64,000 bases of DNA from Bacteroidaceae bacterium (lineage in GTDB: Bacteria; Bacteroidota; Bacteroidia; Bacteroidales; Bacteroidaceae), in assembly GCA_017529865.1 (NCBI GenBank), contig JAFXNA010000018.1:105138-169137 (forward strand). Direction: 5' to 3'. The position numbers and the translations under genes were made by a program. Positions 28,488-39,229 of the stretch are shown here, piece by piece; positions within the stretch are counted from its first letter, which is position 1; each line of letters begins with the position of its first letter. The notes below the pieces were generated by a model that was not told the DNA's origin, did not search any database, and worked only from the letters and a program-made list of their open reading frames with translations.

Positions 28488-30056
28488 ATGGCAATAAAGA
28501 AAAGAAAACTATCGCCACGTCAGAAGATGATTAACCTGATGTACCTCGTGCTGATGGCTATGCTTGCATTGAACGTCAGCTCAGATGTACTTAATGGCTT
28601 CTCTTTGGTTGATGAAGGACTTAATCGCTCCAAGGAGAATGAATCATCTCAAAACGCAGCAATCTATAAAACCCTCGATGAAGCGATGGAGAAGAACCCA
28701 GAGAAGACAAAAGAATGGTTCGACAAAGCGCAAAATGTACGCAACATGTCTGATTCACTCTATTCACTGGCAGAGGACTTGAAATGGGAGATTGTACGTG
28801 AGGCAGATGGCGAAGATGGCGATATACTCAATATCAGTAATCGGGAGAACCTTGAAGCAGCTACCCATGTGATGCTTGCACCAAGCATCGGACGTGGAGG
28901 CGAACTATTCAAGGCCATCAATCACTATCGTGAGGCTATCACAAAGATGGTTAACGATGAACAGATGCGTAAAATCATCTCCGACAACCTGTCAACCAAT
29001 GTACCTGCCAAGGCAAAGGTGATGGGCAAGAACTGGCAGGAATATATGTTTGAGAATACGCCCGTCATCGCTGCGGTCACCCTGCTGACGAAGTTACAGA
29101 ACGATGTGCGTAGTGCAGAAGGAGAAATACTCCATCAGCTCGTAGCCAATATCGACATCAAAGACGTCCGTGTGAACGAAATCAATGCATATGTCATTCC
29201 AAACGCTCAGACAGTCGTTCAGGGCGGTCGATTCTCTGCCGACATCATCATGGCTGCCGTCGATACTACAGCCCGTCCTGATATTTATATCGGTAATACC
29301 CTGTTAAAATCGGGGAGCGGACACTATGAAACTGTCTGCAATTCTACAGGCGATTTCACCCTTCGAGGCTATCTCATCATGCGTAATGGTAATGGCGAGG
29401 AGATTCGTCGTGATTTCAGTCAGCCGTATACCGTAGTTGAACCAGCTGCTACCGTATCAGCTACACTGATGAATATGCTCTATGCGGGTTATCAGAACCC
29501 TATCAGCGTCAGTGTGCCTGGTGTGCCAAAGAACAAGGTAAATGCTACAATGAGCGGTGGCACCCTTACGAAGAAAGGTGAAGGCGAATACATTGCTATA
29601 CCGTCGAAAGTTGGGGAGGATGCGGTCATCACTGTTACCGCAGACAATCAGGGACGCTCACAGGAGATGGGAAAATTCACCTTCCATGTGCGCAAACTGC
29701 CTGACCCAGTAGCTTATATTGCGTATACTGATGATAAGGGAAATCCAATTCGTTATAAAGGTGGCCAACCATTTAGTAAGGCAGCCTTACTCAACACATC
29801 TGGTATCAGTGCAGCTATTGATGATGGTTTGCTCGATGTCCAGTTCCGTGTTGTAGGTTTCGAAACCACTTTCTTCGACAATATGGGTAACATCATCCCA
29901 GAGGTATCAAAATCTGGCAACTTCACCGATCGCCAGCGTGATATGTTCCGCCGACTCAGCAGAGGCAAACGATTCTATATTTCACGCGTTCATGCAATCG
30001 GTCCTGACGGCATCGAACGTACCCTGCCAAGTTCAATGGAAATCATTGTCAACTAA
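28488..30056 (+). CDS. porM: T9SS motor/periplasmic shaft protein PorM/GldM
   Basis: LSPRQKMINLMYLVLMAMLALNVSSDVLNGF, the signature GldM N-terminus. 522 aa. Confidence 0.92.
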   Translation: MAIKKRKLSPRQKMINLMYLVLMAMLALNVSSDVLNGFSLVDEGLNRSKENESSQNAAIYKTLDEAMEKNPEKTKEWFDKAQNVRNMSDSLYSLAEDLKWEIVREADGEDGDILNISNRENLEAATHVMLAPSIGRGGELFKAINHYREAITKMVNDEQMRKIISDNLSTNVPAKAKVMGKNWQEYMFENTPVIAAVTLLTKLQNDVRSAEGEILHQLVANIDIKDVRVNEINAYVIPNAQTVVQGGRFSADIIMAAVDTTARPDIYIGNTLLKSGSGHYETVCNSTGDFTLRGYLIMRNGNGEEIRRDFSQPYTVVEPAATVSATLMNMLYAGYQNPISVSVPGVPKNKVNATMSGGTLTKKGEGEYIAIPSKVGEDAVITVTADNQGRSQEMGKFTFHVRKLPDPVAYIAYTDDKGNPIRYKGGQPFSKAALLNTSGISAAIDDGLLDVQFRVVGFETTFFDNMGNIIPEVSKSGNFTDRQRDMFRRLSRGKRFYISRVHAIGPDGIERTLPSSMEIIVN

Positions 30057-30106
30057 AGTTAGAGAATCGAAGAGTTGAAATATTGAAGTATTAAAACAAT
30101 CATCAT

Positions 30107-31477
30107 ATGAAGAGAATTATCATCGCAGTTTTTGGTATCTGTTGCGCTGTCACATTGAGCGCACAACCAGCCAGAAGTCGTGTTACACAGAATAACGCTC
30201 AGTCAAATACCCAGCCAGCTACTACAACAGCTCAGCCGGCTACTACAACGACAACGCGTCCTGCTACAACGACCACAACTCGTACTACCACGACAACGAC
30301 GCGACCAACCACGTCTCAACCTTCAGGTGTGACTCGTCAGACCACAACTGCACGTACCACCCAAACCAAACCAAGTGTCAGCCGTGCAAGTATCATGTTC
30401 CCAACAGCTGTCGAAGTACCTGCAGATGTAGCATGGCGTCGTGACATCTACCGTGAACTAGACCTCACCAAAGATGCCAACGCACCATTATACTACCCTG
30501 TAGAGCCACAGGAAGGCCGTGTGAATCTGTTCACTTTGCTGTTCCAACTGCTCAACACGGGCAAGATTCCTGCATATACCTACGATACCAGCGGTCTTGA
30601 GAACTTCAATGCTTCCAATCGTATGCATTTCAAAGATATGCTTGAGCGTTATGAGATTCCATTCGAAGTAAATGGCAACAATATCAAGGTGGAACCGGTC
30701 GATGTACCCTCCAACGAAGTACTCAGCTATTTCGTCAAGGAGAGCAGCTACTACGACCAGCATACTGCTACTTATCATTCGCGTGTCGTTGCTCTCTGTC
30801 CTGTGATGCATCGTGCAGGTAGTTTCGTCGACTTCAACTCACCAAGTATGAGTGCTGACGTACAGAAGTCTCCGCTCTTCTGGGTGAAGATGGAAGATAT
30901 CGAACCTTACCTCAGCCAGAACATGGTAATGACCAGTAACTACAACAATGCAGCCACGATGTCGATGGCCGACTTCTTTGATACGAATAAATACAAGGGA
31001 GAGATCTATATGACCACCAATATGCAGGGAAAGTCGCTCGCACAGATGGTCAACGAAGCACAGGCAGCCGCTGCCCAGTCGTCTTCTGAAGGAGAGGGCA
31101 ACAATTCCTTCTCTTTAGGAGAGGATTCAGGAGAAGGCAATCTCGATCCCGATTTCTCATCCGACTTCCCTACAGATTTCTCTGCGGGATTCCCATCAGA
31201 GGGTGACTCTAAGAAAGCCCTGCAACGCGAACAAAGCCGTATCGAGAAAGAAATCAAGGACTTCGAGGAGCATATATGGTCCACACCTGTTGACTCTGCA
31301 GAGCTTGCTCGCAAAGACTCTATCGCAGCAGCCACATCAAAGAAGACCAAGAAGGTTTCGACACGTACCACTGCTCGTAAAACGACAGAAAAAGCCGAGA
31401 AAAGCAGCAAGAAAGAGAATGCCCCAAGTTCCGGCGGCAGCGCTCCACGTGTTTCCGTACGTCGTGAACGCCACTAA
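30107..31477 (+). CDS. porN: T9SS periplasmic ring protein PorN/GldN, with a Thr-rich N-terminal insert and a long disordered C-terminal tail
   Basis: Core block AWRRDIYRELDL..NAPLYYPVEP..RVNLFTLLFQLL.TGKIPAYTY. Last gene of the por operon. Confidence 0.85.
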   Translation: MKRIIIAVFGICCAVTLSAQPARSRVTQNNAQSNTQPATTTAQPATTTTTRPATTTTTRTTTTTTRPTTSQPSGVTRQTTTARTTQTKPSVSRASIMFPTAVEVPADVAWRRDIYRELDLTKDANAPLYYPVEPQEGRVNLFTLLFQLLNTGKIPAYTYDTSGLENFNASNRMHFKDMLERYEIPFEVNGNNIKVEPVDVPSNEVLSYFVKESSYYDQHTATYHSRVVALCPVMHRAGSFVDFNSPSMSADVQKSPLFWVKMEDIEPYLSQNMVMTSNYNNAATMSMADFFDTNKYKGEIYMTTNMQGKSLAQMVNEAQAAAAQSSSEGEGNNSFSLGEDSGEGNLDPDFSSDFPTDFSAGFPSEGDSKKALQREQSRIEKEIKDFEEHIWSTPVDSAELARKDSIAAATSKKTKKVSTRTTARKTTEKAEKSSKKENAPSSGGSAPRVSVRRERH

Positions 31478-31512
31478 GAAAGAAAACTACTAACGCATAT
31501 AAAGAGAAAGGT

Positions 31513-33483
31513 ATGAAAGTAACTAAGCTAACTTTGGCTTGCGCCTTGGCGCTAAGCTCACTGGGAATGAATGCCCAGAACCATGAATTTGTCATCACTC
31601 CCAAGAAGTTGGGGGCACCTATTCAGTCAACCATGTATGGCATCTTCTTCGAGGATATCAACTATGCTGCCGATGGTGGTCTGTATGCAGAACTGGTGAA
31701 GAACCGCTCGTTCGAGTTTCCTAACCCATTTACTGGCTGGGATATCTCAGGCAAGGTAAGTCTGAAGGACGATGGTCCTTTCGCGAAAAACCCTCACTAC
31801 GTACGCTTAGCTCCATCGGGACACAACGATAAGCACACTATGATTGAGAACCACGGTTTCTTCGGGATGGGTGTAAAGGCAGGCGAGGAATATCGCTTCT
31901 CCGTTTGGGCACGTGTGCCAGATGGCGGCTCTTCCAAACTGTGGATTGACATCGTTGAGAATGCCACAATGAACGATGACCAGAAACTATGTAACGGTAG
32001 CGTTGAGGTTAGTGGCAGAGAATGGAAGAAATATACAGCAATCCTGAAACCTAGCAGGACTTTTGCAAAGGCTCACCTCCGTGTATGGGGCGACAGCAAG
32101 GTGACAACCGACGTAGAACACGTCAGCCTCTTCCCTGTGAATACCTATAAGGGGCATGAGAACGGTATGCGTATGGACCTCGCTAAGGCGTTGGAAGACC
32201 TGCATCCCGGTGTGTTCCGCTTCCCTGGCGGATGCATCGTCGAGGGTACAGACCTCCCTACCCGCTATCAGTGGAAAAACTCGGTGGGACCTGTTGAGAA
32301 CCGTCCGCTGAACGAGAACCGCTGGCACTATACATTCACCAGCCGTTACTTCCCCGATTACTTCCAGAGCTACGGACTGGGCTTCTTCGAGTATTTCCAG
32401 TTGTCGGAGGAGATTGGTGCAGAACCGCTGCCTGTAGTAAGTGTGGGCTTGGCTTGTCAGTTCCAGAACAGTTCGGAATCAGCTCACGTTCCTGTGGATG
32501 AGTTGCAGCCATATATCGACGATGTGCTCGACCTGATTGAATTTGCAAACGGCGACCCTGACAAGAACCAATGGGCAAAGCTTCGTGCCGATATGGGACA
32601 CCCAGCTCCGTTCAACCTTAAGTTTGTTGCTATCGGTAACGAGCAGTGGGGACAAACCTATATCGACCACTTGCAGCCATTTGTTGACCAAGTTCGCAAG
32701 CAGTATCCAAACATCAAAATTATCGGTACATCAGGTCCTAACAGTGAAGGTGCAGACTTCGACTTCCTGTGGCCTGAGATGCGCAAGATCGGTGCCGACC
32801 TCGTCGACGAGCACTTCTACCGTCCAGAGCGTTGGTTCCTTGCCAGCGGAAACCGCTACGACAACTATCCACGCAAAGGCTCGAAAGTTTTTGCCGGCGA
32901 ATATGCTTGTCATGGTAGCGGCAAGAAATGGAACCACTTCAATGCAGCACTCTTAGAGGCAGCATTCCTCACAGGCGTTGAACGTAATGCTGATGTCGTT
33001 GAGATGGCTACCTATGCACCGCTCTTTGCCCATGTGGAGGGCTGGCAGTGGCGTCCCGACATGATTTGGTACGACAATCTCCGTTCATTCCGCTCCTGCT
33101 CTTATCAGGTGCAGCAAATGTATTCCACCACCAAGGGAACTAACGTCGTTTCGCTTCTGATGAATGGCAAACCCGTAGCAGGCAACAACGATCAGGACGG
33201 ACTTTTCGCCAGTGCAAACTACGACAGCAAGGCCGGATGCTATAACGTGAAGATTGTCAACACAGGAAACCGAGCACAAGACGTAACTCTGAACTTCAAA
33301 GGATGGAAGGGCGACCACGCAGGCAAGCTCTTTACGTTCCACGCTGACAATCTGGATGGCGAGAACACTCTTGATGAGCCTCATAAGTACGAGCCAAAAA
33401 CCTCATCAGTCACCATAACGGCTCCAACCTACTCACTCTCCGTGCCAGCTAAGACGTTTATCATCTATCAGGTTGAGAAGTAG
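31513..33483 (+). CDS. alpha-L-arabinofuranosidase, GH51-like
   Basis: Signal peptide; [14 protein letters not shown]; [11 protein letters not shown]; W..SVGP.ENRP; AIGNEQWG. Confidence 0.75.
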   Translation: MKVTKLTLACALALSSLGMNAQNHEFVITPKKLGAPIQSTMYGIFFEDINYAADGGLYAELVKNRSFEFPNPFTGWDISGKVSLKDDGPFAKNPHYVRLAPSGHNDKHTMIENHGFFGMGVKAGEEYRFSVWARVPDGGSSKLWIDIVENATMNDDQKLCNGSVEVSGREWKKYTAILKPSRTFAKAHLRVWGDSKVTTDVEHVSLFPVNTYKGHENGMRMDLAKALEDLHPGVFRFPGGCIVEGTDLPTRYQWKNSVGPVENRPLNENRWHYTFTSRYFPDYFQSYGLGFFEYFQLSEEIGAEPLPVVSVGLACQFQNSSESAHVPVDELQPYIDDVLDLIEFANGDPDKNQWAKLRADMGHPAPFNLKFVAIGNEQWGQTYIDHLQPFVDQVRKQYPNIKIIGTSGPNSEGADFDFLWPEMRKIGADLVDEHFYRPERWFLASGNRYDNYPRKGSKVFAGEYACHGSGKKWNHFNAALLEAAFLTGVERNADVVEMATYAPLFAHVEGWQWRPDMIWYDNLRSFRSCSYQVQQMYSTTKGTNVVSLLMNGKPVAGNNDQDGLFASANYDSKAGCYNVKIVNTGNRAQDVTLNFKGWKGDHAGKLFTFHADNLDGENTLDEPHKYEPKTSSVTITAPTYSLSVPAKTFIIYQVEK

Positions 33484-33506
33484 CCAACGCTATATATAAT
33501 TCAAGG

Positions 33507-33546
33507 TGTGGCGAGCGGAAATCCATCCTCTCGCCACATTTTTTTG
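33507..33546 (+). terminator. rho-independent terminator
   Basis: tgtggcgag (33507-15) pairs with ctcgccaca (33530-38), followed by a T-run from 33539. Confidence 0.7.
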
Positions 33547-33578
33547 TCTCTGATGCTTGCAGATTGAGAAATGTTTTG

Positions 33579-33586
33579 TATATTTG
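33579..33586 (+). promoter_or_regulatory. -7 box TAtaTTTG
   Basis: 29 nt upstream of the ATG at 33615. Confidence 0.45.
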
Positions 33587-33614
33587 CGGCGAAATTAATA
33601 AAACAGATATAGAT

Positions 33615-35270
33615 ATGGCTAATTTACCAGACTTTAAGTATGCCCCGATGTTTCAGGTGGGCAAGGACACAACCGAATACCGTCTGCTGACGAAAGAAGG
33701 GGTGACAGTGAGTGAATTCGAAGGTCACGAAATTGTGAAGGTATCCAAGGAGGCACTGACGCTGCTGGCTCAGCAGGCTTTCCACGACGTGGAGTTCATG
33801 TTGCGTCGCGAACACAACGAGCAAGTAGCAAAAGTACTACGTGACCCCGAAGCTTCGGAGAACGACAAGTATGTGGCCCTGCAGTTCCTACGCAATGCCG
33901 AGGTGGCGTGCAAGGGTGTGCTCCCGTTCTGCCAGGACACTGGTACGGCCATCATTCATGGCGAGAAAGGCCAGCAGGTATGGACGGGATTTGAGGACGA
34001 AGAGGCTCTGAGCCTCGGTGTGTTCAACACCTATACGCAGGACAACCTTCGCTACTCACAGAACGCTCCGCTCGACATGTACAACGAGGTGAATACGAAG
34101 TGTAACCTGCCAGCTCAGATTGATATCGAGGCCGTGGAGGGTGACGAATACCGCTTCGTAATGGTAGCCAAAGGTGGAGGTTCGGCTAACAAGACCTACT
34201 TCTATCCGATGACGAAAGCCACGATTCAGAACGAGGGAACATTGCTGCCGTTCCTCGTTGAGGAAATGAAGCACCTTGGTACTGCAGCCTGTCCGCCATA
34301 CCATATCGCTTTCGTAATCGGTGGTACATCGGCCGAGAAGAACCTCCTGACCGTGAAGCTCGCCAGCATCAAATACTACGACAACCTGCCAACCACAGGC
34401 GATGAGACAGGACGTGCATTCCGCGACATCGATCTGGAGCAGAAACTGCTGAAGGAAGCCTTCAAGATTGGGCTAGGTGCACAATTCGGCGGCAAATATC
34501 TGGCTCACGACATCCGCGTTATCCGTCTTCCTCGTCACGGAGCTAGCTGCCCTATCGGAATGGGTGTCAGCTGTAGTGCAGACCGCAATATCAAGGCTAA
34601 AATCAACAAGGACGGTATCTGGTTGGAGAAGATGGACGACAACCCAACAGAACTGATTCCAGAAGAATACCGCAAGCCAGGTGAAGGAACGAAAGGTATT
34701 GAAATCGACCTCGACAAAGGCATCGATGCCGTTCGCGCTGAACTGACCAAGTACCCTGTGTCCACTCGCGTGAACCTCAAGGGAACCATCATCGTAGCTC
34801 GCGACATTGCTCACGCCAAACTGAAAGCACGCCTGGATGCAGGCGAAGGTATGCCTCAGTACTTTAAGGACTATCCTGTGCTCTATGCAGGACCTGCCAA
34901 GACACCAGAAGGCTATCCTTGCGGCTCGATGGGACCGACCACAGCCAACCGTATGGACCCATACGTAGACGAGTTCCAGGCAAACGGAGCCAGTCTGGTG
35001 ATGATTGCGAAGGGCAACCGCACTCAGCAAGTAACTGACGCCTGCAAGAAACACGGCGGATTCTACCTCGGAACCATCGGAGGTGTGGCAGCCGTTCTCT
35101 CACAAAGCAGCATCAAGAGCATCGAATGTGTGGAATACCCAGAACTCGGTATGGAAGCCATCTGGAAGATTCAGGTAGAAGACTTCCCTGCCTTCATTCT
35201 CGTGGACGATAAGGGCAACGACTTTTTCAAGCAGTTGAAACCCTGCGAAGGATGCACCATATTAGAGTGA
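33615..35270 (+). CDS. fumB: class I (Fe-S) fumarate hydratase, fused alpha/beta type
   Basis: [20 protein letters not shown], and a C-terminal GPTTA.RMD..V. The start is taken at MANLPDF because the promoter box lies inside the longer ORF. Confidence 0.88.
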   Translation: MANLPDFKYAPMFQVGKDTTEYRLLTKEGVTVSEFEGHEIVKVSKEALTLLAQQAFHDVEFMLRREHNEQVAKVLRDPEASENDKYVALQFLRNAEVACKGVLPFCQDTGTAIIHGEKGQQVWTGFEDEEALSLGVFNTYTQDNLRYSQNAPLDMYNEVNTKCNLPAQIDIEAVEGDEYRFVMVAKGGGSANKTYFYPMTKATIQNEGTLLPFLVEEMKHLGTAACPPYHIAFVIGGTSAEKNLLTVKLASIKYYDNLPTTGDETGRAFRDIDLEQKLLKEAFKIGLGAQFGGKYLAHDIRVIRLPRHGASCPIGMGVSCSADRNIKAKINKDGIWLEKMDDNPTELIPEEYRKPGEGTKGIEIDLDKGIDAVRAELTKYPVSTRVNLKGTIIVARDIAHAKLKARLDAGEGMPQYFKDYPVLYAGPAKTPEGYPCGSMGPTTANRMDPYVDEFQANGASLVMIAKGNRTQQVTDACKKHGGFYLGTIGGVAAVLSQSSIKSIECVEYPELGMEAIWKIQVEDFPAFILVDDKGNDFFKQLKPCEGCTILE

Positions 35271-35294
35271 AGAGTGGAGAGTGAAGAGATAGAG
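35265..35294 (+). repeat. GTGAAGAG-type purine-rich repeat with stops in three frames
   Basis: gagTGAagagtggagagTGAagagaTAGag; the first TGA is the fumB stop. Confidence 0.75.
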
Positions 35295-35298
35295 CAGC

Positions 35299-35688
35299 AT
35301 GGAGAGTTTAGCATTTGAAAATTTAAAGGCTTATAATTATGCTCGAGCTTTGGTTCGGAGTGTATATAAACTTGTAGCGAAACTTCCATATTCTGAACGT
35401 AACGCTCTTTGCGATCAGATTCATAGGGCTGTCATTTCTGTCCCGTCAAATATCGCGGAAGGGATGAGCCGTAAAACAAAGAATGCCAAGCTACAATATA
35501 TCGAGTATTCTTATGGTTCATTGATGGAAGTTTTATGTCAATTACAATTGGCCAACGACTTAAAGTATATATCAGACCAAGAGTTAGCAGAAGAAAGGAT
35601 TCATATTGAAGAAACTGCCAAAATAATATCGGGATTATATTCATTTATTAACAAAACAAACAAAGGTGATCGTGAATCAGCATGCTGA
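35299..35688 (+). CDS. four-helix-bundle protein (23S rRNA intervening-sequence protein / Avd-like family)
   Basis: 129 aa: AYNYA..VYKL...LP..ER..L.DQI.RA..SV.SNIAEG. Confidence 0.8.
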   Translation: MESLAFENLKAYNYARALVRSVYKLVAKLPYSERNALCDQIHRAVISVPSNIAEGMSRKTKNAKLQYIEYSYGSLMEVLCQLQLANDLKYISDQELAEERIHIEETAKIISGLYSFINKTNKGDRESAC

Positions 35689-35695
35689 GTACAAT

Positions 35696-35720
35696 CTCTT
35701 CACGCTTCACGCTTCACGCT
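35696..35720. repeat. inverted-orientation copy of the GTGAAG repeat (cttcacg x3)
   Basis: ctcttcacgcttcacgcttcacgct; its reverse complement is agcgtgaagcgtgaagcgtgaagag. Confidence 0.75.
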
Positions 35721-35732
35721 ATACTATTATTT

Positions 35733-36293
35733 ATGGAAGACGTAAAAGTGTACCTCAACGCTGCCGAAGAAGATATGGAGATGGCAGCCATGAATCTTGA
35801 GGAGAAATTAAGCCGCATCCGTGCCGGACGTGCCAACGTACATATCCTCGACGGAATCCGCGTAGACTCTTACGGGTCAATGATGCCGCTGAACAACGTG
35901 GCATCTCTCACTACTCCTGATGCACGTTCCATCATCATCAAACCTTGGGACAAGAACATGCTGAAGGTCATCGAAAAAGCTATCATCGACTCATCCGTAG
36001 GTATCATGCCTGAGAACAATGGTGAACAGTTGAGACTGGGTATCCCTGTACTGACAGAGGAACGCCGTAAAGAACTCACCAAACAGTGCTCTAAAGAGGC
36101 TGAATCGGCAAAGGTAAGTGTAAGAAACGCTCGTCGCAATGCCATCGAGAAGCTGAAGAAAAGCGTGAAAGAAGGTGTGCCCGAGGACGTAGAGAAAGAT
36201 GCCGAAGAGCAGTGCCAGAAACTTCACGATAAATACATCAAGAAGATTGACGGAATGCTCGACGAGAAGAACAAGGAAATCATGACCGTTTAA
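35733..36293 (+). CDS. frr: ribosome recycling factor
   Basis: LSRIRAGRANVHILDGIRVDSYG and LTEERRKEL.K. Start at MEDVKVYL. Confidence 0.93.
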   Translation: MEDVKVYLNAAEEDMEMAAMNLEEKLSRIRAGRANVHILDGIRVDSYGSMMPLNNVASLTTPDARSIIIKPWDKNMLKVIEKAIIDSSVGIMPENNGEQLRLGIPVLTEERRKELTKQCSKEAESAKVSVRNARRNAIEKLKKSVKEGVPEDVEKDAEEQCQKLHDKYIKKIDGMLDEKNKEIMTV

Positions 36294-36320
36294 TTGACAA
36301 TTGATTATTGACAATTGAAA
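36291..36320 (+). repeat. period-7 stop array taattga/caattga/ttattga/caattga
   Basis: TAA at 36291 (the frr stop), then TGA at 36295, 36302, 36309 and 36316. Confidence 0.8.
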
Positions 36321-37259
36321 GGACTCGTCATTAAGAACACAGGTAGTTGGTACACCGTTCGTGCCGACGATGGTGCTATGATTGAATGCAAGGTGAAGGG
36401 CAACTTTCGTCTGAAAGGCATTCGTTCCACCAATCCTGTAGCGATAGGCGACCGTGTGGAGTTTGTGCCACAACCCGATAATACTGCGCTCATCACATCG
36501 ATTGATGAGCGCAAAAACTATATTATCAGGAAATCGACCAACCTATCGAAGCAATCCCATATTCTGGCAGCCAATCTCGACCAGTGTTTCCTATTCGTCA
36601 CCATCAGTCACCCCACAACATCCACAACATTTATCGACCGCTTCCTCGCCACAGCCGAAGCATACAGCATTCCTGTCACGATTATTTTCAACAAGATTGA
36701 CCTCTACGACGAAGCTGACCGAGAATACCTCGATGGAATGGTGAATCTGTACGAAACCATCGGCTACAAATGTCTGGCTATATCGTTGATAACAGGCGAT
36801 GGAATGGAGCAAATTCAGGCTGAGTTGCAAGGAAAGGTAACCTTGCTTTCAGGTAATAGTGGTGTAGGGAAGTCTACCTTTATCAACTATCTGATGCCCG
36901 ATCTGAACCTGAAAACCAGCGAAATCAGCGATGCCTACAATACTGGTAAACACACCACAACCTTCTCTGAGATGTACGAACTGGACGAACAAGATGGTGT
37001 ACGCAGTTATATCATCGACACACCAGGCATCAAGGGATTCGGTACGTTCAATATGGAACGTGAAGAGGTCGGCCATTACTTCAAGGAGATTTTCCGATTC
37101 TCCCAAGATTGCAGGTTCAACAACTGCACCCATACCCACGAACCAGGTTGTGCTGTCTTGGCGGCAGTTGAACGGCACGATATCAGCGAAAGCCGCTACA
37201 ACTCCTACCTGTCCATGCTGGACGATGAAAACGAGGAAAAATACCGCTCAGGTTACTAA
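36315..37259 (+). CDS. rsgA: ribosome small subunit-dependent GTPase A
   Basis: [27 protein letters not shown], and the zinc-finger C.F..C.H..EPGC. Apparent TTG start. Confidence 0.9.
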   Translation: MKGLVIKNTGSWYTVRADDGAMIECKVKGNFRLKGIRSTNPVAIGDRVEFVPQPDNTALITSIDERKNYIIRKSTNLSKQSHILAANLDQCFLFVTISHPTTSTTFIDRFLATAEAYSIPVTIIFNKIDLYDEADREYLDGMVNLYETIGYKCLAISLITGDGMEQIQAELQGKVTLLSGNSGVGKSTFINYLMPDLNLKTSEISDAYNTGKHTTTFSEMYELDEQDGVRSYIIDTPGIKGFGTFNMEREEVGHYFKEIFRFSQDCRFNNCTHTHEPGCAVLAAVERHDISESRYNSYLSMLDDENEEKYRSGY

Positions 37260-37292
37260 GACCTAGAGGCATCGGTTATAAAGCTCAGATTA

Positions 37293-38033
37293 CTAACGAT
37301 GTAACTTGAGCATTTTTTTGCGCTTTTCAAACTTCTCAAGTTTCCTTATCACAACATCCACAGCCGCTTGCTCGTCCCAACCCCGCAAGGCAGCATATCG
37401 GGACACTATCCGCTTCAGTGTCGGCCGTACATGAGTGAGACGGAATAGGCTTTCCAGACATTCTTTCCTCGATGGATTGGGCGAGAAATGCGAACGATTG
37501 ATGTCGATCGTCGTAATATGATAAGTGGAACCTTCCTGGTGATAAAGGAAATTGGAGAGATTCGTGTCACCATGTAGAAATCCCTTTTCGTGACAATCCA
37601 CCAGGTATTTTGCGACTGCTTCCACCAACTCATCATGCCCTTCCGGCTCCTCCCTCAAGATTCGTGAATCGGGATCTCCACAATACTCAGTCACCAGATA
37701 CCCCTGAAGGAACAACCCTTTGCTGACAGTCTCGACACAAGCAATCGGTGTCGGAGTACTGATTCCTAACTCGACAAGTTTCATCCCATACTGATAGGCA
37801 CGTTTGGCTTTACTGGGTCGGAAAACGGTGTAATCAATACGCTGGTGTAACATCGGCTTCTTGAATCGTTTCACTACAATCGTACGCCCGTCTACCGTGA
37901 AGAATCTGACTTGATTGCGTTCGTCATAGACCAATTCTCCTTCCTTGTCATATATAGCAGGAAGTGAGTGGACAAAATCACTCAAATGACTATATACAGG
38001 ATTGATGATGACTTGTGTACCGTTTAGTCGCAT
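37293..38033 (-). CDS. lipopolysaccharide kinase (Kdo/WaaP/InaA) family protein
   Basis: 246 aa with a kinase-like FLHGDTNLSNFLY. Overlaps the upstream glycosyltransferase gene. Confidence 0.7.
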   Translation of the reverse strand: MRLNGTQVIINPVYSHLSDFVHSLPAIYDKEGELVYDERNQVRFFTVDGRTIVVKRFKKPMLHQRIDYTVFRPSKAKRAYQYGMKLVELGISTPTPIACVETVSKGLFLQGYLVTEYCGDPDSRILREEPEGHDELVEAVAKYLVDCHEKGFLHGDTNLSNFLYHQEGSTYHITTIDINRSHFSPNPSRKECLESLFRLTHVRPTLKRIVSRYAALRGWDEQAAVDVVIRKLEKFEKRKKMLKLHR

Positions 38034-39085
38034 AGCAGTTCCTTGTAAAGTTGAAGATATGCCTTGATATGTTTGTCGTAAGTGAATTGGGCCGCATGAT
38101 GCTTTATTTGTTCGACCCGCTCAGGCGATTGGCGGAACAAAGCTAATTGATTCTTCACAAAATCGCCCATTTCATCGGGATTCAGTGTCGGCCAGATATA
38201 GGCACAGTCACCACAGATTTCAGGCAAACAAGTGTAGTTTGCGATGAATATCGGTTTGCCAAATTGCATCGCTTCGATGGCAGGCAGACCGAACCCCTCA
38301 CCCTGACTGGCAAAGAGGAATGCCTCGCAGTGCCGATAGAGCCACACCTTCTCCTCTGACCGAATCTTGCCACACAGATAAGCATTGTGGGTGGGCAGTT
38401 GGGCGATATGTTCACGCACGGTCTTAGCATAGTCGAAATGGTCGTCCCCACATACATAGAGATCATAATCAGGGAAATGACGCATCATATCCACCAACAG
38501 ATGGAAGTTCTTCTTCGTTCGAATCTGCCCGATTGCAAAGAAGAAAGGACGACCTGTAGCAAATGCAGGCTTTTCTTCCGGCTGTCCGGATATATCCTCT
38601 ACGCCATTGTAGATGACTCTCACGGGCTTACCCTTCATATCGAACATCTGTTCTACTTGTCGGCCCACAAACTGCGAAATACAGGTCACTGCATCCGCTT
38701 GGTTGATGGCACGTTGCAGGAAGAATCGGTGTTTCAACTGACGTATCCAATTCTTCTCCGTCAGGAAATTCAGGTCGTGAATCGTAAGTACAAATTTACT
38801 GTATTTACCCCGCTTACGCTTAATCTGTTGCTGATTGGTAGAGTGCCAGAGGTCTACTTCCGGCAGTCCTTTACTGAAATGCTTATGATACTTGTTACGA
38901 ATCGTGGTTATCTGCACCTTTGCATCGCTGTCGACCCGAAATCCTTCGGGCAAGAGGAAATGGAACGACAAGTCTTCGTCCTCCACCGATTGATAGAGAC
39001 GATAGTAGTTCTTGGCAATCTGTCCGAAACCGCTGGTTGGATTGCCAATCTCACAGATGTCGAGCAATACAGTTTTCTTTCCCAT
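38024..39085 (-). CDS. glycosyltransferase family 4 (GT-B)
   Basis: C-terminal EGFGLP..EAM..G.P motif. 353 aa. Confidence 0.8.
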   Translation of the reverse strand: MGKKTVLLDICEIGNPTSGFGQIAKNYYRLYQSVEDEDLSFHFLLPEGFRVDSDAKVQITTIRNKYHKHFSKGLPEVDLWHSTNQQQIKRKRGKYSKFVLTIHDLNFLTEKNWIRQLKHRFFLQRAINQADAVTCISQFVGRQVEQMFDMKGKPVRVIYNGVEDISGQPEEKPAFATGRPFFFAIGQIRTKKNFHLLVDMMRHFPDYDLYVCGDDHFDYAKTVREHIAQLPTHNAYLCGKIRSEEKVWLYRHCEAFLFASQGEGFGLPAIEAMQFGKPIFIANYTCLPEICGDCAYIWPTLNPDEMGDFVKNQLALFRQSPERVEQIKHHAAQFTYDKHIKAYLQLYKELLCD

Positions 39086-39089
39086 ATCA

Positions 39090-39097
39090 CAAAGGTA
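39090..39097 (-). promoter_or_regulatory. TAccTTTG box only ~5 nt upstream of the GT4 ATG (possible leaderless transcript)
   Basis: The plus strand reads caaaggta at 39090-39097; the ATG is at 39085. Confidence 0.25.
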
Positions 39098-39182
39098 TGC
39101 ATTTTTTGAGGTATGACAATGTATTTTGGCGTTTAAAACACAAAAAAGTGCATAAAAATGCTGTTATCCAAAAAAAAAGCAG

Positions 39183-39190
39183 TAATTTTG
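39183..39190 (+). promoter_or_regulatory. -7 box TAatTTTG
   Basis: 40 nt upstream of the ATG at 39230. Confidence 0.45.
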
Positions 39191-39229
39191 AACCCATGTT
39201 TTGCGTTTAACAGTTTCAAACCACTGTCA

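Noticed and set aside
34473-35054. 193-aa minus-strand ORF
   Set aside because: It is antisense to the class I fumarate hydratase C-terminal domain.
38387-39109. 240-aa plus-strand ORF
   Set aside because: It is antisense to the GT4 glycosyltransferase, which has the EGFGLP..EAM motif. The antisense product has no motifs.
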